This document shows positions 19,041 to 28,048 of a DNA stretch of 40,954 bases, piece by piece; positions within the stretch are counted from its first letter, which is position 1; each line of letters starts with the position of its first letter. The translations under genes were made by a program, and so were the position numbers. Below the pieces are notes generated by a model. It was not told the DNA's origin and ran no database searches. It saw only the letters and a list, made by a program, of their open reading frames with translations. Source of the DNA: Thermoplasmatales archaeon SW_10_69_26 (GTDB lineage Archaea > Thermoplasmatota > SW-10-69-26); assembly GCA_003009755.1 (NCBI GenBank), contig PXUB01000009.1, positions 1 to 40,954 of the forward strand, written 5' to 3'.

Positions 19041-19072
19041 CAGCTGAACGGAAGATGAGGCCGGCTGAGAAG

Positions 19073-19145
19073 TGGGCCCGGCCTGATTCGAACAGGCGAA
19101 CTTCGCCGTGTGAAGGCGACGTCATAACCACTAGACCACGGGCCC
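19073..19145 (-). tRNA. tRNA-Val (CAC)
   Basis: Reverse complement GGGCCCGTGGTCTAGTGGTTATGACGTCGCCTTCACACGGCGAAGTTCGCCTGTTCGAATCAGGCCGGGCCCA folds as a cloverleaf; anticodon CAC; CCA not encoded. Confidence 0.96.
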
Positions 19146-19249
19146 GGCACCGCCGGCAAAACAGACCGGGTATTTAGCCCCTTGCTTCCTTGGCCCGATG
19201 TCTCGGCGTTCGGGCCCACGCTTTTAGGCCCGAGCAACATCCCCGCTTC

Positions 19250-20185
19250 GTGGCCGCTCCCGTCGCTGCGCGTGGTCTCTCGATCGCCGGCGCCTTGGCG
19301 GTCCTCGCCCTCGTCATCGTGCCCGCCGTCGACACCCTGATCGACGACCCGATCACGGCGATCGGGGGCTTGGCGGCAGGGCTGCCGTTCCTCGTCTTCC
19401 TGACCTGGATCGCGGTGGCCCCCGACCACGCCGACGACCAGATGACCCGGATCGGGGTCGACCTCTCCGAACCCCGGCACCTGGTCGGCCTGGCGATCCA
19501 CGTCGCGTTCGCTTGGATCGTGTTCGCCGGCACCATCATCCGCACCACCGAGGCCCTGTCCGTCTACCTGGAGACCGGCCAACACCCGGCCGCGAGCCGG
19601 GAGTTCGGCGGCGCCGGCATCGTGTTCGGCCTCGTGTTGTCCCTGATCTTGTTCGTCGTGGCCGCGGTCACCTGGCTGTGGCTCGTCGACGACCGGGACC
19701 TGGACGGCATGGTGGAGGAGCTGCGCCTGCAGCTCGACGGCCTGCCGCGCGGCGTCGTGTGGGGCGTTCTCGCCACGCTGGCGGGTTTCGTCATCCTGGC
19801 CGGCGTCAGCTTCGTCCTCCAGCAGCTGGGCGTCCAGCCCGACAACCCGCAGGCCGACGCCATCGCGAACGCGCTCTCCCCCTGGTCGGCGGTGCTGGTC
19901 GCCGCCCTCGCGGGGATGGGCGAGGAGCTTTACTTCCGCGGGTTCCTGCTCGACCGGGTGGGTAACCTCGCCCAGGCGGGCCTGTTCGCGATCGTGCACG
20001 CGACCTACCTGACCGCCTTCCAGGTCATCCTGCCGTTCGCGCTCGGCCTCGCGTTCGGTTGGTTGGTCCGGAAGACGAACCTCTGGACGGCGATCATCTC
20101 GCACACGCTGTTCAACGCCGTCATGCTTCTCGTGGCTATCTACGCCAGCGAGAGCGGCGGCCTCGCACTGGTCTTCCCGTTGTGA
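19250..20185 (+). CDS. CPBP (CAAX protease/Abi) family intramembrane metalloprotease
   Basis: GEELYFRG, FAIVH and HTLFN motifs; many TM helices; start uncertain. Confidence 0.9.
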   Translation: MAAPVAARGLSIAGALAVLALVIVPAVDTLIDDPITAIGGLAAGLPFLVFLTWIAVAPDHADDQMTRIGVDLSEPRHLVGLAIHVAFAWIVFAGTIIRTTEALSVYLETGQHPAASREFGGAGIVFGLVLSLILFVVAAVTWLWLVDDRDLDGMVEELRLQLDGLPRGVVWGVLATLAGFVILAGVSFVLQQLGVQPDNPQADAIANALSPWSAVLVAALAGMGEELYFRGFLLDRVGNLAQAGLFAIVHATYLTAFQVILPFALGLAFGWLVRKTNLWTAIISHTLFNAVMLLVAIYASESGGLALVFPL

Positions 20186-20289
20186 CGGGGCGCAACAGGA
20201 TGCCACGGGTCGGGAACCCCCGGCCCACAACCATTATGTGAATCCCCTGGTTTGCCGCGGCCCCGACGTGAGGTCGTCGGGCCCAACGT

Positions 20290-20364
20290 AGCGGGGTGGG
20301 GTAGCCAGGAGATCCCGTCGGGCTCATAACCCGGAGATCGGTGGTTCAAATCCACCCCCCGCTA
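20290..20364 (+). tRNA. Initiator tRNA-Met (CAT)
   Basis: AGCGGGG...CCCCGCTA with A1:U72, three G-C pairs in the anticodon stem (GGG CTCATAA CCC), T-loop TTCAAAT. Confidence 0.96.
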
Positions 20365-20520
20365 TCCTTCTTCGAGACCTCTCTTCGGTTCTCCCGTCGA
20401 GCGTCCGCCGTGAGCTCTCACGCTGACGGCGTCGCTCTGCTTCGAGGTGCCTCCGGCACCTCTGCATCGATCTCCTTGTCAGCGAGAGCTCACGGGTTCT
20501 CGCGATAGGCGCCGGACGCT

Positions 20521-20798
20521 CTCGGTGCGAACCTCATCGAGGTCTCTCGAAGGATCGCCCCCGTCACCGCGATAACGTGAAACGAAGTCCATCCCCTCCG
20601 CTCCTCCGCGGTCTTCCATCGAACCCCTTGTCAGCGACCGCTCTCGGCTCGCGCGGTACCTGCCCGACGGCCTCGGTGCGGACCGTCATCGAGGTCTCTC
20701 GAAGGATCGCCTCGTCACCGCGATAACGTGAAACGGAGTCCATCCCTCCCGCTCCTCCGCGGTCTTGCATCGAACCCCTTGTCAGTGACCGTTCTCGG
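20521..20798. repeat. Tandem repeat with 151-bp period downstream of tRNA-iMet
   Basis: 20521-20647 matches 20672-20798. A partial third unit (GCATCGA..CCTTGTCAGCG) starts at 20464. Confidence 0.85.
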
Positions 20799-20922
20799 GT
20801 TATGTCATCCGCACGAGAGCCTCGGGCCAGTCCAGAGACCGGTGGGACCTCTGAGAGGAAGAGAGGTGGGATGGTAACCCGACAACCAGAAGGCCAAAAG
20901 GCCAGCCCGTCGATCCAACCAC

Positions 20923-22032
20923 ATGCGGTCGAAGCTGCTGGTTGCGATCGGAATCCTCCTCGGTTCGTTCACCCTCGCGGGTTGCCTGGGGGACTCCGGA
21001 GAGCAAGCCCCAGACCCAGCGCAGCCGGCGTCGGCGTTGAGCCATCGAGACGTTGCTGACGAGGCTGCTCGAGCTTGGAACGAGGAGGCCGAACTCGTCA
21101 GCGTGGCGGGGGGCGAGGGCACCCTCGAAGCGCTCGTCTCGGAGGGTTCCCTGCGTTTCCTGCCGACCTTTGTGAACGGGACGCAAGCCCAGCTCGGTGA
21201 CGGTCAGTCCAGCGCCTGGGCCTTCGAGTACCGGGCCGGCGACCAGGGCTACGGGGTCGTGGTCGAAGCTAACGGGACGATCAGCACTGAACAGGAGATC
21301 CCCCTGGGATCGGATCGACCCGTCGGCGACGATCTCGTCGATTCCACGACCGCCATCGACCGCCTCTATGCCCAATCGGAAGCCTTCGGAGAGGGCCAGA
21401 CACCGCGGGCCTTCGCCTATGCGCTTTACAACGCAACCGAGCACGACGGATCGGTGTGGGCGTTGGGAAAGCTAAGCGGGAACGAGCCGACGGTCAGCTT
21501 GATCGACGCCGACACGGGCAACTTCCTAGGAATCGTCGAAGACGGGCGAGACCCGATCACGCCCCAAGGTCGCGTCATCGGTCCCCAGCAGCCACCCCGC
21601 GTCGCGGACGGGGGATCCGGTCAGGCTGACGCGACGAACGACGCAGACGCTTGGGCGATCTTCCTGCAGGGCGACAACCATCCGAACCTCGGGTTCCGGC
21701 TCGTCGCCGAGGAGCCCGTAACCGGCGTGCTGAACGCCACGCTGATGCGAGACGGCCGGTCGTTGACCTCGATCGAGGTCGACGCGGTGGAATCGGAGGC
21801 TCGCGGGGAGTGGCCGCGGCCTCGTTCGGGGGATTTCGTGATCGAGGTCGACCTGCAGCAAGGGGCCAGCCAAGCCTACACTGTGCAGTGGTGTGCGCCC
21901 GGCCGCGACGACGGCGATCCGAAGAACGAGGCCTGCTCGAAGCCCGGGCCCGAGGAGGAGGTCGAGGTCGCGACGGGCACGGACGGCCTGGGGCCGGAAT
22001 CCCGTGGGCCTGCGGGCTCCCGAGGCGGTTAG
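20923..22032 (+). CDS. Lipoprotein, hypothetical (PepSY-like segments plus C-terminal beta-sandwich)
   Basis: Lipobox TLAGC after a hydrophobic leader; WAFEY..VVVEANG and SLIDADTG segments. Confidence 0.7.
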   Translation: MRSKLLVAIGILLGSFTLAGCLGDSGEQAPDPAQPASALSHRDVADEAARAWNEEAELVSVAGGEGTLEALVSEGSLRFLPTFVNGTQAQLGDGQSSAWAFEYRAGDQGYGVVVEANGTISTEQEIPLGSDRPVGDDLVDSTTAIDRLYAQSEAFGEGQTPRAFAYALYNATEHDGSVWALGKLSGNEPTVSLIDADTGNFLGIVEDGRDPITPQGRVIGPQQPPRVADGGSGQADATNDADAWAIFLQGDNHPNLGFRLVAEEPVTGVLNATLMRDGRSLTSIEVDAVESEARGEWPRPRSGDFVIEVDLQQGASQAYTVQWCAPGRDDGDPKNEACSKPGPEEEVEVATGTDGLGPESRGPAGSRGG

Positions 22033-22868
22033 GGTGCTCGACCCCGCTTCGTGTCGCCGATCTCCTCGACGAAGCCGCGCACGGCGGCGTTGAACGCGGC
22101 CGGTTGGTCGAGGTGGGCGGCGTGGCCGGCGGCGGCGATCTCCTCGAGCAGGACGTCGGGCAGGTGCGCGGCCAGGTGCTCGGCTTGGCGTTCGACGAAC
22201 CCCAGGTCGTCCTCGCCGTGGAGGACGAGCGTGGGCACCGTGATCTGTGACAGGTCGATCGGGTGCTCGTGGGCGTGGGCCATCGCGCGGACGACCTTGG
22301 CGAACTCGTCGGTCTCCATGCCCGGCTGAGACTGACGCAGGCGCTGGATCTTCCCGTCGTCGCCGCTGGAGCCGGCGAACAGGTGCTCGGTGAGCCACAC
22401 GTTGGCTTTCTCCACGCGTTGGTAGCCAAGCAACCGAGCAGACCCGACGAGGCCGGGCAACACGACCCGGCGCAGGAACCGCTCGCCGGCGGTCAAGATC
22501 TTGGGCGTGAAGGGGTCGGCGAGGACGAGGCCGCCGAGCTCGTCTGGGTGCTTGGCGGCGTGGGCCTGGGCGATGAGCCCGCCCATCGAGTGGGCGCACA
22601 CAAGCGGGTTCTCCAGGTCGAGCTGCTCGATCAACGCTTGCAGGTCGTCGGCGAAGAGATCGATCGTGTACGGGTTCTCGTCGCTGGGGCCGGTGCGTCC
22701 GTGGCCGCGCAGGTCGTAGGTGACGGCCTGGTGGGTGGCGCCGAGCTCGCGGGCCTGGGGCCGCCAGAAGCCGTGGTCCACGATGGGTGCGTGGACGAAC
22801 ACGATCGGGGTGCCTCGACCGGCGGGCTCGTAGTACGTCGTGATCCCGTTCGTCTCGACGTGGGGCAT
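22029..22868 (-). CDS. Alpha/beta hydrolase
   Basis: YDLRGHGRT, AHSMGG nucleophile elbow, HGEDD, AGHAAH catalytic His. Confidence 0.92.
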   Translation of the reverse strand: MPHVETNGITTYYEPAGRGTPIVFVHAPIVDHGFWRPQARELGATHQAVTYDLRGHGRTGPSDENPYTIDLFADDLQALIEQLDLENPLVCAHSMGGLIAQAHAAKHPDELGGLVLADPFTPKILTAGERFLRRVVLPGLVGSARLLGYQRVEKANVWLTEHLFAGSSGDDGKIQRLRQSQPGMETDEFAKVVRAMAHAHEHPIDLSQITVPTLVLHGEDDLGFVERQAEHLAAHLPDVLLEEIAAAGHAAHLDQPAAFNAAVRGFVEEIGDTKRGRAP

Positions 22869-22960
22869 CGCGGCGCTCGCCGATGGCCGGCCCTGCCTGT
22901 GAGCTTTCGCCTCGGATGAGGTTCGCAAGGCTCTTGGCCGGGCAGGGGGTCGTCTCTGTC

Positions 22961-23365
22961 GTGGCCGAGGACCGGTTGCGTCGGACGCGGCAGCTGTTGT
23001 GGTTGGGGATCGCCGTGTTCGTGCTCGGGGTGGCGTGGGATGGCATCTGGCACAGCCGCAACCCGCAGGCGCTCGAGACCGGGTGGCGGCTGCTGGAGGC
23101 CCACGGCATCATGTACGCGGGTATGGTCGTCGCCCTCGGCGGCGGCGTGTTCGCGTTCCGAGGCCGCAGGGCGCCGCCTGTCGCCAGCTGGTACGGGCTC
23201 GCTACCGGGGGAGCGTTGGCGCAGCTCGTCGGCTCGGGCTGGGACGCCTGGGCACACGCGGGCGGCAGCGAGGCGGCCGTGGCTCACCTCGTGTCGCGCC
23301 TGGGCCTGTTGGCGTTGCTGGCCGGCGCGATCGCAGCCTCGGTGCAGGCGCGGCGGTCGAGCTAG
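22961..23365 (+). CDS. Four-helix membrane protein with spaced His residues
   Basis: WDGIWH, AH, WDAWAH and AH motifs in a duplicated two-helix unit; start uncertain (22916 or 22961). Confidence 0.7.
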   Translation: MAEDRLRRTRQLLWLGIAVFVLGVAWDGIWHSRNPQALETGWRLLEAHGIMYAGMVVALGGGVFAFRGRRAPPVASWYGLATGGALAQLVGSGWDAWAHAGGSEAAVAHLVSRLGLLALLAGAIAASVQARRSS

Positions 23366-24015
23366 GCGCCCTCGGTGAGGATCTCCTCGGGATCCTCGTC
23401 GCGGATCCGGTGGGCCTTGGCCTCGTCTTCCTCCTCGATCTCGACGGCTCGGTCGAGCACCTCGTCGAGGTGGTCCTCGGGGATGACGGTCGTGCCGCCG
23501 GCGTCGGCGTAGATCCAGTCGCCGGGCACGATCGTCGTGGTCCCGACGACGGCGGGCACGTTTGCACCGACGGCCATCAGGTCCTTGGAGCCGGCCTTGG
23601 GCGAGGACCCCCGGCACCAGGCCGAGATCTCCAGGTCGGCGATCTCGTCGAAGTCCCGCAGCCGGCCGTCGGCCACGAGCCCGGCCAGGCGGTTGGCCTC
23701 CAGGCGCGTGGCCTTGTTGCCGCCGACGATCGCGTGGTCGATGTGACCGCTGGTGTCCAGCACGAGCACGTGGCCCTCCGGCGGGTCGGGCAGGGCCTCG
23801 TAGAACACGCGCTTGAACCCGTGCAGGCGTTCGTCGTAGACGTCCTCGCGCACGGGGACCAGCCGGATGGTGGCCGCCGGACCGAACAGCTCGCGCCCGG
23901 GGGTCGGCGTGAGCATGTCGCGGACGTGGGCGTTGTGGTCGAACATCTCGTCCATCGCGTCCGTGATCGAGGCGCTGGTCACGTCCTCCAGACGGGGATC
24001 CGTCGGCCGAGGCAT
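23362..24015 (-). CDS. RraA/HMG-CHA aldolase family protein
   Basis: SITDAMD, GPAAT, AIVGG, DGRLRD, PGDWIYADAGG. Confidence 0.9.
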   Translation of the reverse strand: MPRPTDPRLEDVTSASITDAMDEMFDHNAHVRDMLTPTPGRELFGPAATIRLVPVREDVYDERLHGFKRVFYEALPDPPEGHVLVLDTSGHIDHAIVGGNKATRLEANRLAGLVADGRLRDFDEIADLEISAWCRGSSPKAGSKDLMAVGANVPAVVGTTTIVPGDWIYADAGGTTVIPEDHLDEVLDRAVEIEEEDEAKAHRIRDEDPEEILTEGA

Positions 24016-24130
24016 CGGCTCGCGAACACCCTCGGGGGACTTCAACCTGGGCGCACCGAGGCCTCCCGCGGGCCGACTGGACCAGAGCAGGCCCGGAAAC
24101 CTTTTCAGCTAGCAACGCGGCATCACGGCC

Positions 24131-25840
24131 GTGCGAGCTCAAACCCTGCTAGTGTGCCTGGCCTTGGTGACGACCGGCTTGACGGGCTGCATCGGGTCGA
24201 TGGACGACTCGCTCGAGGGTGCCGACGCCGACGTCGACGCCGATCCCTCCAGCCAAGAGGGCTACGTTCCGGTCGACGAGGAAGCGCTGAGCGAACCCAC
24301 CCGCGATATCCAGCCTCGCGTCACCGAGCGGGTCGAGATGACCGTGGACGGGGTCGAGATCTTCGTCGAGTACTGGCTGCCCGAGGGCGAGGGTCCGTTC
24401 CCGACGGTCCTGCACTCGACGCCGTACAGCCACCTCGATCGATCGATCCAGGCCGTCGCCGACGGCGGCAACCAGGAGTTCTTCGTCCCGCGCGGCTACG
24501 CCTACGTCGTCGCCGACGTCCGCGGCTTCGGCGAATCGCAAGGCTGCGTCGAGGTGTGGGGCGAGAACGAGCAAGCCGACCAGGCCGACCTCGTCAACTG
24601 GGTCGCCGAGCAGGAGTGGAGCAGCGGCGACGTCGGCATGATCGGCGCTAGCTACCCCGGCACGACGCCGATCGAGGCCGCCGTCGAAGATCCCGAGCCC
24701 CTGGACGCGATCGTGGCCACCGCCGGCCTCACCGATCCCTACTACGATTGGCACTACGGCGGCGTCCCCAACGGCGAGTCCGGCCCGGTCGGCAGCCCGG
24801 CGGCCTACCAGGGCATCGGGGCCGTGCTCCCGCACGAGGCCACCCAGGGTCAATCGTGGGCCGAGTCCATCGCGGACACGGGCTGCCAGACGCCTCAGCT
24901 CGTGATGGATGCCTACCGGTCGGACGGCACCTACACGGACTTCTACGATGAGCGCAACCTCACCCAGCGCGTCGACAACGTCGACGCGGCGGTGCTCTAC
25001 ACGCAGGGCTTCAACGATCTGAACGTGAAGCCCTCGCAGGCGCTGAACTGGTTCAACGATCTCGACACCGAGAAGAAGGGCATGTTCGGGCCGTGGGGCC
25101 ACGAGTACCCGCCCCGCGACGACTGGGCGGCGATGAGCCTGGCCTGGTTCGACGAGCACCTCAAGGACAAGCCCACGCGCGTCACGGAGGGGCCGACGGT
25201 CGAGGTGCACAACAACCTCGACACGTGGCGAGCCGACGAGGCGTTCCCGACGCAGCGCGCCGAGCAGACGCCGGTGTTCCTCGGCCCCGACGAGACGCTG
25301 TCGACGACGACGGCCGAGGACGGCGAGCTCTCCTTCGAGGTCAACCGGGCCCAGGCGACCGCCGAGTCCTCCACGCCGCTCTCGGAGGGTGACCTCAGCG
25401 AGCGTCTGGTCCTCCAGACCGAGCTCGAGGAGGACGTCTACGTCAGCGGCGTCCCCCGGCTCGCGATGGATCTGACGCTCGAGGGCGCCGACAACGCGTT
25501 CCTCTCCGCCGAGCTGTACGCGGTCGACGGCGACGAGCGCACGGAGATCACGTACGGTCAGCAGAACCTCGCGCTTCACGACGACGTGACCGAGTACGAT
25601 CCGATCCCGCAGGGCGAGGCCGTGAACATCTCCTTGCGGTTCCAGCCGGTCGAGCACATCGTCGAGAAGGGCACGACCCTCGAGCTCGTGGTCGAGCCGG
25701 TCGACCACGGTGAGAGCAGCACGCCCGAGGCCAGCCAGTCCGCCACCGTCACCCTCGGCACCGGTGGCGAGGACGGCACCCGGCTGCAGCTCCCGCTGCT
25801 CGAGGACCGCCCCGACCAACCGCGCCCCGACGGCGTCTGA
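24131..25840 (+). CDS. CocE/NonD (peptidase S15) family hydrolase, lipoprotein
   Basis: Lipobox LTGC; TPY, RGYAYVVADVRGFGESQG, GASYPG, GFNDLNV, GPWGH. Confidence 0.93.
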   Translation: MRAQTLLVCLALVTTGLTGCIGSMDDSLEGADADVDADPSSQEGYVPVDEEALSEPTRDIQPRVTERVEMTVDGVEIFVEYWLPEGEGPFPTVLHSTPYSHLDRSIQAVADGGNQEFFVPRGYAYVVADVRGFGESQGCVEVWGENEQADQADLVNWVAEQEWSSGDVGMIGASYPGTTPIEAAVEDPEPLDAIVATAGLTDPYYDWHYGGVPNGESGPVGSPAAYQGIGAVLPHEATQGQSWAESIADTGCQTPQLVMDAYRSDGTYTDFYDERNLTQRVDNVDAAVLYTQGFNDLNVKPSQALNWFNDLDTEKKGMFGPWGHEYPPRDDWAAMSLAWFDEHLKDKPTRVTEGPTVEVHNNLDTWRADEAFPTQRAEQTPVFLGPDETLSTTTAEDGELSFEVNRAQATAESSTPLSEGDLSERLVLQTELEEDVYVSGVPRLAMDLTLEGADNAFLSAELYAVDGDERTEITYGQQNLALHDDVTEYDPIPQGEAVNISLRFQPVEHIVEKGTTLELVVEPVDHGESSTPEASQSATVTLGTGGEDGTRLQLPLLEDRPDQPRPDGV

Positions 25841-26038
25841 TCGGGTCATCCCCGGGAGGATCTCCCTCCCGGGCTACTCTTGGCTCCCGTATCTGTAGGC
25901 CAGCCTGGGGACAGCCAGGCCAACTTTCCCGTCGTGGACCCGACGGGATGCGTGGATAAGCGAGGTTGGCAGGGAAAGGGCGGGCGAGCCGGTCAGCCCG
26001 CACGGGACCGACCCGCAGGTCGGTGATCGAGCGAGGCC

Positions 26039-26404
26039 TTAGCCGCCGCCGAGATCCATGATCGCTTGGGCGGGCTCGCCGTCGGCGTCCTCGAGCGCCC
26101 CGATGGCGGTCTCCTCGTCGACGCCGGTCTGCTCCATCACGAGCTCGATGTCCTCCTCGGCCGGGCCCTCGGGCTCGGCGTCCTTCTCGTGCTCGGTGAC
26201 GTTGCCCGTGATCTGGAAGGTGCGCGTGCCTTGCGCGTCCATGATGGACACGTCGGCCGGCTCGATCACGATGTCGCGATTCGCGGCCTCGATGGTGACC
26301 CGTTCGACGTCCTCGACCTCCTCGACGGAGATCCCGAAACGTTCCATCATCTGACCGAGCTGACTCGGGTCGAAACCGCCACCGCCTCCGCCAGGCATCA
26401 TCAT
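26039..26404 (-). CDS. nac: Nascent polypeptide-associated complex protein
   Basis: MMPGGG..QMMERFGI, NAC domain (..FQITG) and UBA-like tail EEDIELVMEQTGV..ALEDADGEPAQAIMDL. Confidence 0.93.
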   Translation of the reverse strand: MMMPGGGGGGFDPSQLGQMMERFGISVEEVEDVERVTIEAANRDIVIEPADVSIMDAQGTRTFQITGNVTEHEKDAEPEGPAEEDIELVMEQTGVDEETAIGALEDADGEPAQAIMDLGGG

Positions 26405-26529
26405 GGTTGGCGGGCAATCATCCTCCTTCCTTGAAAAGCGGTTCCCTGGCGGCCGCCCACGGTGGCGGCGACGCGGTGGCGCCTGCAGGGCCGACAACCC
26501 TTTGTCTCGCGGGCTGGGTGAGCTCCTCG

Positions 26530-28017
26530 ATGCCTGCCGTCGACGGTCCCGTCCCCCGCGAGGAGGTCGCCGTGCTGGACGCCAACGCCGAAGCCCTCGG
26601 CGTCGAGGTCCGCGACCTGATGGCTCGCGCCGGTCGAGCCGTGGCCGATCTCGTCCGCCAGCGGGCGCCCTCGGGACCGGTCACGATCATGTGCGGGAAG
26701 GGCAACAACGGCGGCGACGGGCTCGTGGCCGCCCGCCACCTGGCCGAGGACCGCGCGGTGAGCCTCGTGCTCGCGGCCGAGCCCGCCAGCCCGCTCGCCG
26801 TCGAGGCCTTCGAGGCGTTGCCGGAAGCGGTGACCGTGCACCGAGCCCCCGAGCTCGGGGACGACGAGCTGGCCGATCGGCTGGCCGAGGCCAGCGTGTT
26901 GGTGGACGCGCTGCTGGGCGCCGGCGCCACCGGCGAGCCCCGCGGGGCGTGCGGTCGCCTCGTCGAAGCCCAGCAGGGGCTGGATGTCTTCCGCGTGAGC
27001 GTCGACGTCCCCACCGGCGCCGGCACCCCCTCGGCGTTCGTGCCGGACGTGACGGTCGCGCTCGAGGTGGCCAAGGACGCCGGTCGCCAGGCCGACCAGG
27101 GCGAGATCGTCACCAAAAGCATCGGGATCCCCGAGCGCTCGTTCACGCACACCGGCCCCGGCGAACTGCAACTGTACCCCGCTCCCCAGGCCACCCAGCA
27201 CAAGGGCCAGGGCGGGTTCGTGCTCGTCGTCGGCGGGGGCCCCTACGCCGGCGCGCCGGCGCTGTCGGCGATGGCGGCGATGCGTGCCGGCGCGGACCTG
27301 GCGTTCGTGTTGACGCCGGAGAGCGTGGCCGAGGCCGTCGCCGGGTTCACGCCGAACCTCGTCGCCCGCCCGCTCGAGGGCGAGAACCTCGACCTGCACA
27401 ACCCGAAGAACCGGACGACGCTGAACAAGTGGCTGGGCATGGTCGACGCCGTCGTCGTCGGCCCCGGCCTGGGCAAGATGGACCCGGTGCGCGAGAGCGT
27501 GCCGATCGTCGTCAACCGCGTGCTGGACCTGGGCCTGCCGCTCACGCTCGACGCCGACGCCCTGTGGGCGATCAGCGAGGACCCCCCCTCGTTCGGCGGC
27601 GAGGCCGTGCTCACGCCGCACGCCGGCGAGTTCAACGTGCTCACCGGGCGAGCGGCCCCGGACGCCGAGCAGGTCGAGGCCCGGGTGAAGGTCGCGCAGA
27701 ACGCGGCCCGCGATCTCGACGCCACGATCTTGCTGAAAGGGCCCACCGACGTCGTCGCCAACAAGCAGCGCGCCAAGCGCAACCCATCGGGCTCGCCCAC
27801 GATGAGCACCGGCGGCACCGGCGACGTGCTCACCGGCATCGTCGCCGCGCTGCAAGCCAAGGGCCTGTCCTCCTACGATGCCGCCCGCATCGGCGCCTAC
27901 GTGAACGGCAAGGCCGGCGAGGCCGCCACGCGCGAGGAGGACCTGGGAACGATGGCGACCGACGTCGTCGACGCGATCCCGGACGTGTTGAAGACCCACT
28001 TGCCCGACGCGGTGTAG
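26530..28017 (+). CDS. nnr: Bifunctional NAD(P)H-hydrate epimerase/dehydratase (NnrE-NnrD, YjeF)
   Basis: CGKGNNGGDG, DALLGAG, SVDVPTG; HKGQGG, YAGAP, GPGLG, DADAL, TPHAGEF, GGTGDVLTG. Confidence 0.96.
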   Translation: MPAVDGPVPREEVAVLDANAEALGVEVRDLMARAGRAVADLVRQRAPSGPVTIMCGKGNNGGDGLVAARHLAEDRAVSLVLAAEPASPLAVEAFEALPEAVTVHRAPELGDDELADRLAEASVLVDALLGAGATGEPRGACGRLVEAQQGLDVFRVSVDVPTGAGTPSAFVPDVTVALEVAKDAGRQADQGEIVTKSIGIPERSFTHTGPGELQLYPAPQATQHKGQGGFVLVVGGGPYAGAPALSAMAAMRAGADLAFVLTPESVAEAVAGFTPNLVARPLEGENLDLHNPKNRTTLNKWLGMVDAVVVGPGLGKMDPVRESVPIVVNRVLDLGLPLTLDADALWAISEDPPSFGGEAVLTPHAGEFNVLTGRAAPDAEQVEARVKVAQNAARDLDATILLKGPTDVVANKQRAKRNPSGSPTMSTGGTGDVLTGIVAALQAKGLSSYDAARIGAYVNGKAGEAATREEDLGTMATDVVDAIPDVLKTHLPDAV

Positions 28018-28048
28018 CCGGGAAAGGGAGGGAGCCTGCCTTGTGCTG

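Noticed and set aside
18779-20798. tRNA-adjacent repeats as a CRISPR array
   Set aside because: Units are 130-150 bp in only 2-3 copies, there is no short repeat/unique spacer pattern, and no cas genes are present.
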